Part shown: positions 40,201 through 50,015 of the stretch, piece by piece
How positions within the stretch are numbered: the first letter of the stretch is position 1
How the letters are laid out: each line of letters opens with the position of its first letter
Notes under the pieces: generated by a model
Database searches by the model: none
What the model was told of the DNA's origin: nothing
Seen by the model: only the letters and a program-made list of their open reading frames with translations
Assembly (NCBI GenBank): GCA_965112155.1
Contig: OZ218103.1
Length of the DNA stretch: 64,000 nt
Source of the DNA: Podarcis liolepis
Taxonomy: Eukaryota
Reading direction: 5' to 3' (one strand)
Program-made: the position numbers and the translations under genes

Positions 40201-43200
40201 AAAGATGTGTGGGCTCAGACATTTGATTTAATTGGCCTTTTTATCTATTTCTATACTGGTGGCTCACAATGCACTGTGTACTAAGCAAATCTGTTTCCAC
40301 TTAGTTGGCTGTAACACATTGTGGGAGGAATTCAACATAGCACTATTGCAATCATTCTGTCAAAGCAAGCGCTTCATCTTGCCATATGGAATGATGCCCC
40401 CTTTCTTCCTCCTGCAGGCTGTTTTGGGGGGGGGGGTCTCGTGGCCCTTCTCCAGCCCATTTGGGTGCAGGGAGAGGGAAGAGGGGAAGCCCCATTGCTG
40501 TAGTTCCGCTAGTGGGGCTCATTAGTTGAAACTGGCCCTCAATATGTAAAACAGTACTTGGAGGGATGCAAACAAACAAAACATTCTTTACTAGGGTGAT
40601 GGAATAAAAATCATTTTTAAAACTTTAGAGTATTAGCAATATTCCGTAGCAGTTTTAACAGTAGCATTTGCAATACAAGAACCATCGAAAACCCTGCAGA
40701 TTAGCACCAAGCAGATATTTACCATTGCATGACAGAAAAGGACATAACATTGGATCATAGGAAGATGCCTTACACCAGGTCAAACCATTGGTCCATCTAG
40801 CTCAGTATTGTCTACACTGATTGGTAGTGACTCTAACAGGTTTCAGGCAGGGGACATCCCCAGCCCTACCTGCAGATGTCGGAAATTGTACCTGAGAGCT
40901 TCAGTGTGCAAGGCAGATGCTCTGCCACTGAATTACAGCCCTTCCCTTAACTCTCTTTGTTCCTTCCACCTGGGTGATGAACAAGTGGACAATCAAGGCA
41001 TGTAGAGTGGAAACTGAGAATACAAAGCTTTGGAAGCTAGTCATTGCAGCGATTGGTATACAGTTGCAGGTACAACAAGCAATACTTCTGCAGCCCCGGA
41101 AGATCGTGCTTCATTGAAAAAGCACATACTTCACATAGCTATATAGGAGTATAAGTTGTTTAGGGCCCTGTTTGTTAATAGGTCTCACCTTGTTTTGTGA
41201 ATGCCATGGTGGAGCAGATGTTTAGGTCCTTCAGGAATGGAAGTAACAGTGGGGACTGCTGTCCAAGGTGCTGAAATGGATAGGCTTGCAGAATTCTTGC
41301 CTGTGCTTGCTGTCTATGGTGCTGAAATAAGCTGCGAGGCAGCAATATTTATATTAAGTCACAAGTAAAATCAGCCTTTTTGTAGTTTAACAGGAATACT
41401 GAAACTAGATGAGCCCCCTTTCCTGGTGGTGTAGAAAAGAATTCCCACATCTCTAGATTTCTTCATTTGTAGCAAAGTAGGAATCCTAGTAGGTTGTTTC
41501 TAGGTAATGTTTCAATTACATGTGTCTTCAGAGGCTCTTAATTACCTGGAGTCCTTGATGCCCTTGACTTCAGAAGTGTCCTACTTATGTTCTTTCCCTT
41601 CCTGCCATATCTGACTTACTGTGCACCATGGCTGATGGCCAGGTAAGTGCACATGGGGGTCTTGGCCAGGGAGCTATTCTGTGGCACTTTTTTGCCTCTG
41701 GCTTGCCAGAGCTGTGTTTATTGTCTGTGTATGTGTGTGTACCTTGCAGGCACTCAAACGGAAACCTGACCTGTTCCTGTGTAGCAGCCTGGATGTCAAA
41801 GCAGTATTCCATTGTGGTGAGTAGGCAGGCCCCGTAAGACTAAGCTATCCAAAAATTGAGCTCCCTTGATGCAATTGGGAAAGCTGATATAGCCAAATGA
41901 GGCAGTGTTTCTTAAAGGTTCAGATATATGACAGCAGCCTGCATGTTTGATGTAGAAACACCCCTCAAATCAGACCAGCTGAAGCTCCATATAAAGTCCT
42001 TGTGCTTGGAGAAGGGAAGGCTCCTTTCCTTCCCCACTCTTGTGGAAAGCTTTGAATTGTGTTAGCTGAGTCCTGAAGTGTTGCTTTCCCTCTAGGTGTG
42101 ATCTCCTTGAAGTTCCCTGAAGCACCAACTGTCAAAGCTGCCTGTGGCTTTTTTGTGAGTGTTTTGCTTTTGCTAGATCTGCCATTGGCCAATGGTACAG
42201 GCAGAGTTGCGTTTCAGCCAAGTGGCTTGGAAGCACTTGTGCTGGGACAGGATGGAGAAGCACCCAGAACTGGTGAGAGGGAGCCGCCTCGAAATTCCAG
42301 AAGGGAGCTTCTCCTTTCATAAGTTGCCATTTGGGCCTTTTTATTTTCTTTTGCAGTTGGGATTTTTTGTATGGAGGCATTTTCTCCTAACTGTATATGC
42401 CTCCACTCTGTTTGGACATGTATACAGGAATGTTCTCGTCTCCCACATGGGAGATGGCTATATATCTGAGTTATAGCAATATAGTTTGCATCAACTCCTT
42501 CTCACTGTTTCTTACAGACTGAGTTATTGCCACGTTGTGGGGAGATTCCACCGGTGGGACAAGTGGTACATGAGAATGGCAAAATGCTGCTGCAGGCTGT
42601 GCTTGAGGTAAGGAGTGGGGCTTTTCAAGCTAAGTCAGGGACAATTAGAAGGAATAACTGGAAGGAGCCATGCTCACAGATAAGCTGCACTTATTCCAGT
42701 ATCTTTTATTAATTCAGCTCCCTTCTAACCAGAATATCCCTGAATGATTTGCAGCCTGATCTAGTATTTAATGTCTTTCTTGGAAGCGTGTTCCACTAAG
42801 TTCAGTGGTGCTTACTCCCAAGCAAGTGTGCCACCTTGGCCACTTCCTTTTTAAAAACATTTCCTTGATGCAATCTGCTGGAGCCTTCTTAGGTTTGTAA
42901 TGTAATGCTTCCTTCAGTGCAGTCTCCTGGGAGGATTATTGTCTGGTGTTAACTGGATTTGCTCCATCTGCAGGGTGTAGGTGGCCAGGCTGCACGCAAC
43001 TTGATGGATCACTTTGCTGAGATCCTCTTTGCTCTCAACAAGCACTGCTTCAGTTACTTGAGTGTCTGGATCAAGGAAGTGATGCAGCAGGATGGTTTTC
43101 CATCAGCCCGTGTCAGCCCTGAACAAAAGGAAATCTTCAGCCAGCAAATTCTCAGGTGAACTTTCTCTTGAAGACTTTTCTGGAAGACTGAGTTGGGGAA

Positions 43201-44035
43201 GATGTGTGAAGGGGTTTCTTGGCTCTTCAGCTTTCTGTCTATGCCCCCAAATTGTCATGAGTGATCATGATAGATACTGAACATTTCCCCAGGTTCAACA
43301 GTCCTCCCCAGAATCTTCTACAATAAAGAGCTTGTTTATTTTTTTTAGTAAATTAATTAAGATGTTCAGAAAGGTTCAAGGTATTTATATAAAGTAGAGG
43401 TAAATAGAAAAGGGTAGCATGGAAACTAAACATGAACTTGAGTTTTTATCCTTGTAGAGACATGCTACCTATCTTGGTGTTGCTTTGGTTTCTCCTTTAA
43501 GCCCCTGCTACTCCATGTAAAAACCCATGAATTCACCAGCATTTAATAATTATAACAGGAACATAAGCAGAGCCTGCTGTATCGGGCCATTGGCTTGTTC
43601 TGGCAGGCTCTTTTTGTATTCTTATGGCTGGAAGAGTAGGATTCACTAGATTAATCCAGCCACCGAGGAACTGAGATGCATTGGTGAACGAAAATTTGCA
43701 GAACAGGAACATGAGTTATTTGAAAGAGGATGTCTTAATGGAGGGCAGCAATGATTATAGTAGCTGTGTGGAGCACGTCTGCAGTGCCCAGCTCTCAGTG
43801 CTGGGGATTCCATGGGTTTGGCACTGGGTGGTGCCCTTGCGTATGGGAACATCCGACTCAGCTCTAGCTGGTTTTTTAAGTGATTTATTCACCATTCTTA
43901 TATATCAGACTTTCATCATTCTTTTTCTGTGTTAGCAGAGAGCGTGTGAACAAACGGCGTGTGAAGGAGATGGTAAAGGAGTTCACGCTGCTGTGCCGAG
44001 GACTGCATGGTACCGAATACACAGCAGACTACTGA
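1138..44035 (+). CDS. IPO13: Importin-13, complete 20-exon CDS: join(1138..1212,13601..14337,23136..23276,24464..24605,26584..26750,26974..27094,30433..30580,31267..31448,32422..32448,33015..33149,33528..33671,34228..34308,34682..34819,35090..35186,36676..36728,41750..41816,42096..42154,42518..42607,42974..43155,43939..44035); 960 aa
   Basis: All introns are GT-AG with consistent phases, and the exon lengths sum to 2883 nt. The translation MERRGE...[30 protein letters not shown]...[31 protein letters not shown] matches vertebrate importin-13. Confidence 0.97.
5812..6025 (+). mobile_element. tRNA-derived SINE (another copy on - at ~48905-49115)
   Basis: A/B-box-like head, CTACCTCACAGGGTTG core, AT-rich tail. 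Confidence 0.65.
6490..7075 (-). mobile_element. CR1 LINE 3' fragment
   Basis: Reverse-complement CR1 tail (CATAGAAT repeats); minus-strand translation [12 protein letters not shown]...RTQTNGFK...[14 protein letters not shown] resembles the CR1 ORF2 C-terminus. Confidence 0.85.
9936..10178. mobile_element. hAT non-autonomous DNA transposon
   Basis: Termini CAGGGGT...ACCCCTG flanked by an exact 8-bp TSD ATCTGGAG. Confidence 0.9.
10680..10852. mobile_element. Tc1/mariner (pogo-like) MITE, short form
   Basis: TA|CCGTATTTTT...AAAAATACGG|TA; both arms shared with the element at 27552-29135. Confidence 0.85.
13029..13278. mobile_element. Tc1/mariner (Tigger-like) MITE
   Basis: TA|CAGTCATACCTC...GAGGTACCACTG|TA. 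Confidence 0.85.
13601..14337 (+). CDS. IPO13: IPO13 exon 2 (importin-beta N-terminal/Xpo1 region)
   Basis: ttctag|GCA...CAG AG|gtaagt; ORF track 13613..14341. Confidence 0.97.
14664..14751 (+). repeat. 46-bp tandem duplication
   Basis: CCAATAARAACAGAATTACC...CTGAAATTAAGCTAAAAC at 14664 and 14710. Confidence 0.85.
17372..17535 (-). mobile_element. CR1 LINE 3' end fragment
   Basis: Similar to 6515-6680. Confidence 0.75.
19466..19810 (+). mobile_element. tRNA-derived SINE interrupted by a nested insertion (19510-19655)
   Basis: Head AGGGCCATATCTCAGTGGCAGAGCA, B-box GGTTCAATCCC; the insert is flanked by AAGAAGG repeats. Confidence 0.8.
20877..21011. mobile_element. Degenerate related hAT MITE
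   Basis: Same ACTCCCATCA...GATGATGGGAG core as the 135-bp family. Confidence 0.6.
21995..22240. mobile_element. Tc1/mariner (Tigger-like) MITE
   Basis: TA|CAGTGGTACCTC...AGGTACCACTG|TA; internal TTCTTAACCTGAGGTAC repeats. Confidence 0.88.
23136..23276 (+). CDS. IPO13: IPO13 exon 3 ([24 protein letters not shown]...GENHS)
   Basis: ggcag|G TAT...TCC CG|gtgagg. Confidence 0.95.
23358..23859. mobile_element. hAT non-autonomous element, 502 bp
   Basis: 14-bp TIR CATAGCTGTCAACT/AGTTGACAGCTATG; exact 8-bp TSD TGCCCTAC; subterminal TCCCTTA(T) repeats. Confidence 0.92.
23988..24123. mobile_element. Palindromic ~135-bp hAT MITE
   Basis: CAGGCATGGCCA...TGGCCATGCCTG; TSD TACTATAC/GACTATAC. Confidence 0.9.
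24203..24338. mobile_element. Palindromic ~135-bp hAT MITE (same family)
   Basis: CAGGCATCCCCAAACTC...GAGTTTGGGGATGCCTG; exact TSD CTGTAGAG. Confidence 0.92.
24464..24605 (+). CDS. IPO13: IPO13 exon 4 ([12 protein letters not shown]...FWYTLQ)
   Basis: ccacag|A...CAG|gtaagt. Confidence 0.95.
26584..26750 (+). CDS. IPO13: IPO13 exon 5 ([10 protein letters not shown]...EQFRIY)
   Basis: ttgcag|GAT...CG|gtatga. Confidence 0.95.
26974..27094 (+). CDS. IPO13: IPO13 exon 6 ([15 protein letters not shown]...SSWQ)
   Basis: ccttag|A...CAG|gtgagt. Confidence 0.95.
28158..28203 (+). repeat. (CA)n(GA)n microsatellite
   Basis: Read directly from the sequence. Confidence 0.9.
28369..28795 (+). repeat. 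76-bp minisatellite, ~5.5 copies
   Basis: Unit GTGTGGATTCTAACGTGGGGAGAGTGAAGGGGAAGCAAGAGGAGAAGCAGCCCTCRCGCACACACAGACACACAGA starting at 28369, 28445, 28521, 28597, 28673 and 28749 (partial). Confidence 0.95.
30433..30580 (+). CDS. IPO13: IPO13 exon 7 ([14 protein letters not shown]...VMFTI)
   Basis: ggcag|CAC...G|gtaaga. Confidence 0.95.
31267..31448 (+). CDS. IPO13: IPO13 exon 8 ([12 protein letters not shown]...IVAVSQ)
   Basis: ttctag|GA...CAG|gtaact. Confidence 0.95.
32422..32448 (+). CDS. IPO13: IPO13 exon 9, 27-nt microexon (DVLMKQIHK)
   Basis: ctgtag|GAT...AAG|gtaaga; supplies the known importin-13 sequence between exons 8 and 10. Confidence 0.92.
33015..33149 (+). CDS. IPO13: IPO13 exon 10 ([12 protein letters not shown]...LADET)
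   Basis: ccccag|ACA...ACG|gtgagc. Confidence 0.95.
33528..33671 (+). CDS. IPO13: IPO13 exon 11 ([14 protein letters not shown]...QGPNP)
   Basis: ttgcag|CCA...CCG|gtgggt. Confidence 0.95.
34135..34173 (+). repeat. (CTC)13 microsatellite
   Basis: Read directly from the sequence. Confidence 0.9.
34228..34308 (+). CDS. IPO13: IPO13 exon 12 ([27 protein letters not shown])
   Basis: ctctag|GTG...GAG|gtaatg. Confidence 0.95.
34682..34819 (+). CDS. IPO13: IPO13 exon 13 ([11 protein letters not shown]...DLTRQ)
   Basis: ccacag|TCT...CAG|gtaagt. Confidence 0.95.
35090..35186 (+). CDS. IPO13: IPO13 exon 14 ([14 protein letters not shown]...LFQQ)
   Basis: ccccag|CTG...G|gtacgt. Confidence 0.95.
36676..36728 (+). 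CDS. IPO13: IPO13 exon 15 ([18 protein letters not shown])
   Basis: ttttag|GG...CAG|gtgtgt. Confidence 0.93.
37643..37661 (-). promoter_or_regulatory. CTCF-like motif in IPO13 intron 15
   Basis: Minus strand CTGCCACAAGGGGGAGCTA. Confidence 0.55.
37701..37729 (-). mobile_element. Severely 5'-truncated Sauria-SINE-type insertion
   Basis: GGTAAAGGTAAAGGGACCCCTGACCA is the reverse complement of an (ACCTTT)n tail; 7-bp TSD GCTAATA. Confidence 0.7.
40757..40945 (-). mobile_element. tRNA-derived SINE (same family as 19466)
   Basis: Reverse-complement similarity to 19466-19810. Confidence 0.75.
41255..41275 (-). promoter_or_regulatory. RE1/NRSE (REST binding site) 1
   Basis: TTCAGCACCttGGACAGCagt against consensus TTCAGCACCACGGACAGCGCC; both half-sites match exactly with the canonical 2-nt spacer. 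Confidence 0.8.
41306..41326 (-). promoter_or_regulatory. RE1/NRSE (REST binding site) 2
   Basis: TTCAGCACCatAGACAGCaag; exact left half, one mismatch in the right half. Confidence 0.65.
41750..41816 (+). CDS. IPO13: IPO13 exon 16 ([22 protein letters not shown])
   Basis: ttgcag|GCA...G|gtgagt. Confidence 0.95.
42096..42154 (+). CDS. IPO13: IPO13 exon 17 ([19 protein letters not shown])
   Basis: ctctag|GT...TTT|gtgagt. Confidence 0.95.
42518..42607 (+). CDS. IPO13: IPO13 exon 18 ([14 protein letters not shown]...AVLE)
   Basis: ttacag|ACT...GAG|gtaagg. Confidence 0.95.
42974..43155 (+). CDS. IPO13: IPO13 exon 19 ([14 protein letters not shown]...SQQIL)
   Basis: ctgcag|GGT...AG|gtgaac. Confidence 0.95.
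43939..44035 (+). CDS. IPO13: IPO13 exon 20, terminal coding part (RERVNKRR...YTADY*)
   Basis: tagcag|A GAG...TAC TGA; NAGNAG acceptor. Confidence 0.95.
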
Positions 44036-44538
44036 GGGGCCATGTAGCAAAACAGGAGCATGAACAGATCTGCTGGCTACCTGCCACTGCCTAACGCTGC
44101 TATTGAACCAGCTCATAGGACGATAACCACAACTAACCTGCTGAGGCTGCTCCTCTCAAGAATGAGCTGTTTGTCCATCCCTCCTGCATGTTCAGAGGCA
44201 GCAGGCTACAAGGACTTGGAGCACAGGCTGGAGCTGAGGATATTTCCTCCCCCTGCTAGACTGGTGCAATGATTGCCCCTTGTTTTCCCGGCACACTCCT
44301 GTAGACATATCTGTGGTATTGTCTGTTCCTAAAGAGTCTGCCTTTGCCCTGCATGAGGCAGCTTGTGTCTGACTGAAGTGGAAGGCCCTGCAGCCTTGAA
44401 TTATATTAAGGCTATTTCTAAGCTGTGGTGTTTGGTGAATTGGGGGAAGAGATGTAACTTCTGGACAATATTGGGCAGGGGAGGGTAAAAAGCTGTAGCA
44501 GCTGCAGTTGCACTTATAGCTGCCCTAGCCTAACGGGT

Positions 44539-44544
44539 AATAAA
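44539..44544 (+). terminator. Candidate IPO13 poly(A) signal (second candidate at 45374-45379)
   Basis: AATAAA hexamers downstream of the stop; usage not demonstrated. Confidence 0.35.
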
Positions 44545-46945
44545 GAAGAGTATGATGTCGTTTTGGACAAAGAAGAAATCCAAATTCTGCAACAAAGTAT
44601 TGGAAAGAATCAAAGTTAGCTTCTCAGAAGGAAGCATACCTGCCAGCCTTTGCATTTCTTGGTGTGCTGGCAAAGTTGCATAACCAGTTCAAATTTACTT
44701 TTTGCAGGCAACAATCTATAGGAGCATCCCGTGGAAGGCATATTATCATACTAGCCTGTAATATGAATGATAGTTTCTAGGTTCATTTAAAAGGGTTGCC
44801 GCCACCTTTACGCGCTCTGATGAAAAATGTCCCTGGTTGCTTCTGCAGCTGAAGATCAAGATGTGACAATGGATCTGAGGGTGTGCTACTGTTTATGGTG
44901 GAAGGATGGAAGAGGAGCAAATCATTTTCATATGGGGGACTGTTGGTATTGCAGGTTTGGAGACTAACCAGGTTGAGCAAATGTGCAATTCAGAATGACT
45001 CCAGGGCCAGTTTCAGTCTCCCCATACAACATGAGTTAGGTTCCTAACTTGGGACTTGCTGTAATGTTTCCTATCCCTCGGTAGCGAAGCTCAGTTTACA
45101 TAAAAGCAGGTTGGGATGGCTTGAACCTTAGTCAATCCTTTCTATTTAACAAGAGCTTACCAAAGTAACAACTGAACCATCTAAATAACAATAGCAGATA
45201 CCAGTGTGGTAAGTACTGGAGCAGTTCTCAAACACATTTGCAGGCTCCATTGAGGTGGTTTGTGGAGTGGTCAAAAGTATCTGTACTTGGCCCTGCACTT
45301 TATATTTTCTGATGATGGAGATGGACTTCACAGAACGTTGCTCACAAAAAACAGGCATATCCATCGCATTAGAAATAAAAGACTGCAGTTATTTAGAGTA
45401 TGAGTTATAAAACAAAAAAGTAGCTGGCTGAGCCCTGCACCATCCACAGCATTTTCCAAGTGGTCCATGGAAAAAGTGGTTTGAGAACTGCTGTACTAGA
45501 GGTTAATGTAGACATCAGCTGGAGCTTCTGCATTTCCAAGGCAAAACATGTTCTTCAGGAAGAATATGCTTATGGGACAACAGAAGCTGAAACAAAATCA
45601 GGCATCTTAAGTAAATGCAAAAAGTAGCATACTGACAATGCACTGTTCTAGGTCAAGTCTTGAAAAGTGAATAGGTATACCGTATATTTTTCCAAGTAAG
45701 GGTTGTTCCAGTTCAGGCAGATGAAGTACTTTGAATCTGGAAACAAGATAAGCATTTTGTGTAATCTTGGCTTGTTAAGTAACTGGTTAAAAAAGTCAAA
45801 TTACATCAGAAATCTTCACATCAAATGTGGACTTAATGTTTAACTAATCAGTGCAACTAAGTAGTTTATGTGTTTTGATCAGAAATTGGAGTAATGATCT
45901 GTAATTAAGTAATCTATAAGGTGGCTTGGTGGCTTATCTTGAATAGCTATAAAACCTTCACAATGCACATGGAAAGAACAAAGTATAGTTGGCTATATTA
46001 GGGAAAAAGCAGTACTCTGGTATTTCTATAGCAGTGGCCATGATTACACCCCAGTAAAGAGAAGTATCTACATTAATGCACAAAACAAGCAGTACTTGGC
46101 AGAGAATGTGCCTTCTAGGTTTGGGCATGTGGTACATTGCTGCACCTTCTCTCTTTCCGCTGATTTCAGTGTTTCTGTTTGGTGTTCTTTGCACTGAAAC
46201 ATTCCTTTAAAAAGTAGCATTTTGAGGCTGTGTGCTATACCTTTCAGTTATTTATTTGAAGCTCTTACTTCCATGCTGCTTATCTAAGCACTCCACACTT
46301 TGCCTTATTAGGAAAGGTATTGATCACTGGTGTGGTCATGGGCTGCTACAGGGCTTAGCATATGATGTTGCTGCTTTCCGGATCCTGATACCTATGCAAC
46401 TACTGCCCAGGACCTTGACTGATGAGCTTGCATTGCAAACAGCACTTGACCCATGTCTTCGTAGGTGGTATAAGTAGAATAGAAGGTACAAGCAAGAGAC
46501 TGTAAGAGGCCATGGAGCTGAATCTTACTTTGCAGCATGGAGCAAAAAGCAACATAATCATTACTAGCTTGTGCAAAAGACTGCCTGTTAAACCTTTCTT
46601 GTGCTTTTTTTTTTGTCTGGCATGGCATGGCAGTTGGCGAATGGAATGTGGAGGTGATGTTCTGAAAATAATGTTCAGAGGAAACAAACTTACGGAGATT
46701 AGGAGCAGTGCTAATGTCTAAACACGGCTTCTTCACAGTTATGCTGCATTTTGTAGTATGGCTTATGGAGTTGCATACTTCCTTGGTTATTAAGTATTCT
46801 TGTTTGCCCCACTCTTGTCTATCTTAGCCTTTCTGTCTATAACTCTTAAGCTATTGCTATGTGGTGGTCTCTTTCTTCACTTTTTGGACCATGTGTGAAG
46901 GGTAGAGGTGTGTGACTTCTCTACATCGCGGGTGGCCGTGTAAAA

Positions 46946-47072
46946 CAGGTATAGCCAATGTGGTGCCCTCCTAATTATGATGGGCTACCATTACACCTAA
47001 TGGCTATGGTGGCTGGGGCTTGTGAGAATTGTAGTTCAACAACATCTGAAAGGCCAATGGTTAGCCACCCTG
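46946..47072. mobile_element. Older related hAT MITE
   Basis: CAGG...CCCTG termini; exact TSD GTGTAAAA. Confidence 0.75.
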
Positions 47073-47885
47073 GTGTAAAATAACTCACCTGACCGCTTCT
47101 AGGGCCTTGGCCTGCTACAGGATGCCCCTCTCACTTCAGCAAACTATTATAACAGCAGCAGAAGGTGAGCAGGAGACCAGGAAAGCAGCTATGACATGGT
47201 GTAAGCAGTGTTATAAACAGAAATATGAAAGCTAGGAGCTAAATGGCACCTTAAACTTAGGGTATGGGCGCAACAATGGAATGTCTAGGCACACTTTTTT
47301 GTAACAAGAATGCAAAGCTGAAAATGAATGAACTGCAGCTAAAATATTATGTTCATTTTTCACATGGTTTAGTCCTTCCACTGCCCACCCCACTAATATT
47401 CTTGAGCTCTGGAAGTGAAGAGGCAGAAAAAGGTCCTTTCCTTCCACTCTGCAGTTTTAATCTGAAATTTTAGGCGCAGTACTGCACCCAGAGCTCAGAA
47501 GCTACTTGCGCTAATGGAATTCCCTGTCGAAAATGTGCCTAGAACAATGGAAGTTTAGAACACTGGGTATATACTTCTCTGTACTACCCTGTGCTATTTT
47601 ATGCTGTGCTCATTTCTGGAGGTTCCCATTCTACCAGTTACTATCTCTCCCACTCCCATGACTTTTCTTTTTTGCTGGTATGTATCACAATCCCCCACCC
47701 CAGGGATCATACATACGCAGCCAGATACTAAGAGCATTGGCCAGATGGGCTGTAATGTGCATAGCATACAGTGGCCCTCCTATTATCTGATAAACAATTA
47801 TGAAGTTGATTTGGGTGTATTAATGCTTCAGAAAAGTTGCCCAAATAAGGAGAAAGGAAGGATGCCAATGAATTTAAAATAGAAC

Positions 47886-47938
47886 TTTATTTGGCATAGC
47901 AAGGTATACAAGTAGTGTTTAAAAATGGTTTTTTTATT
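47886..47938 (-). terminator. Candidate DPH2 poly(A) signals
   Basis: Two minus-strand AATAAA (plus-strand TTTATT at 47886 and 47933) about 2 kb past the stop. Confidence 0.35.
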
Positions 47939-48263
47939 GGCAAATTATTCTAAGTCTTAAAAATGTTACTAGCTTTAACTGAAGTAGGTTCTTGACTTAA
48001 GGGATGTATATATCCCTTACCTGGTACATCTTGTACCTTGTGCTCAATGCTGTTTTGATTCCTGATTGGATGGCAGATGTTTACACAACACAGTGCCAGA
48101 TGTGTTATATTTTTATTCTCTATTAGGATATGGAATGATGTTTCTCCTTTCTGTTTGATAGGCATGTTCAACAGAAATAACTTTGAGCATTATATTGGAT
48201 GGTACACATCTAAGGATGTCAGTGACTTATGCTTGTGGGTCAGAAATGACGAGTGGATAAACA

Positions 48264-48586
48264 TACAGTGGTGCCTCGCAAGACAAAAAGAATCCGTTCT
48301 GTGATTCTCTTCGTCTAGCGGTTTTTTTCGTCTTGCAAAGCAAGCCCATTGAAGGATTAGCGGATTAGCGCTATTAGCGGCTTATCTGCTGATCGGATCA
48401 GCTGACAAGCGGCTTAGCAGCTTAGAAAAAGGGGGGGGGGAACCAGCAGGAACTCGCAAGACATTGTTGTCTTGCGAAGCAAGCCCATAGGAAATTCGTT
48501 TTGCGAAGCACCTCCAAAACGGAAAACCCTTTCGTCTAGCGAGTTTTCCGTCTTGCGAGGCATTCGTCTTGCAGGGCACCACTGTA
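48264..48586. mobile_element. Tc1/mariner (Tigger-like) MITE
   Basis: TA|CAGTGGTGCCTCGCAAGAC...GTCTTGCAGGGCACCACTG|TA; CpG-rich, so probably young. Confidence 0.88.
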
Positions 48587-49890
48587 CCCTATCCTGCTAC
48601 TGGGAGGAAAGATGCTAGTACACAACTCTTTAACACAGATCAACAGCCACCCCTTTCTTCAGTCTGTGCTTTTAAACTCCAAAGAGCTGCAAAATATGTA
48701 ACCTCCACCTGAGCAGACAATGCATATTTTGTAGGAGCATAACTGTATGGAGAACTATAGGACTCCATTTCTACTTGTTTCTATAGGATGCCATTGCCTC
48801 TCATGTTCTTGTGTGCTTCCCATAGGTGTAGGTATGTGGTTGCCCACTGTGGGAAACAGGATCCTAGACAAGATGGGCCTTTGGTTTAATGCAGCAAGAC
48901 TGTTCTTATTTATTTACTACATTTGTATCCTGCCTTTCCTCCAAAGAGATATCAAGGAGATATATATACTTCTCCCCATTTTACCTTCAACCCACCTTAC
49001 AGGGTTGTAGTGAGTTGAGTGGCCCAAGATCACCCAGTGAGCTTCATGGCTGAGTGGGCATATGAACCCTGGTCTCCAAAGTCCTGTTCAGCACTCTACC
49101 CACTATACTGGCTCTTTATCATAGGATTCTTATACACCAGCTATTCAAAGCCTGGTTCTTGCTTCTGAGTCCTAAAATTCAATTCCTCATGCTATCAGCA
49201 AATTAACTCCTCGAGGATACAAAATCCTAGCCTCAATAGGAAAACTTTTCTCGACTTCTAGTTACGCCTTTAACACTGGGTGGTGTGGATTAGCTCAAGG
49301 TTCAACCAGAGTATAGAAACCTGCACTCCCTCCTCAATCGCACTCTGACCTCCTTTTTCCCATGTATGAGAATATGGCAGAGGTTGAGCCTGGGCATGTA
49401 GGAGCACGATTGGCTTCCAAGAGTGCCCTAAGTTATAGCTAACTATAACTTCCACTTGCCAGTGGAAGCTGGATAAATGGGGATCTGTGGTATAATTTCA
49501 CATGTGAATTAAGCTGCAATGCTACACACCCCTGTTACCCCAACAGAACCCCAAGTCTACTGTGCTGCCACTCTTAGCCCAGGGCTGCTTTATGTGCACA
49601 GATAAATACCAGCACAATTGAGAGCACAGTGAGAAGAATAGGTTTACTTAGCTTCTTAACATAAAAAACACCATTTGGCAGAACTACTGTATTGTAGATG
49701 TCAGCCAGTTAAAATGTTGATCTGTCCATCCACCAAGAGGAATGTCCAGGCCAGGGAAAGTGATATTCCTTGCCTTATACATGTGTCTAGTTGTGGGTAG
49801 GAGGAAGAAGGTTGTGATAAAAACCATGTTTGGTTATCTAGATGCAGAAAAGGAAGGCAACTTTTTCTCAGCATGGCCCGGCTGGTACTG

Positions 49891-50015
49891 TCATCCAGAA
49901 GGCTCATCTTCATATGCAATGGCAATCCCCCGTCGTCCAGCCACAGCTTTTGTGACTGCTGACTGCCCCAGCTGCTGCTCCAGCCCCCGCCAGCTTCGTG
50001 ACTCCAAAAATGAGG
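49891..50015 (-). CDS. DPH2: DPH2 terminal coding exon ([12 protein letters not shown]...YEDEPSG*)
   Basis: tcttag|CC...GGA TGA. Confidence 0.95.

Noticed and set aside
1213-43938. Intronic snoRNA or tRNA genes
   Set aside because: Scattered ATGATGA boxes lack a paired D box and terminal stem; the tRNA-like heads belong to SINEs.
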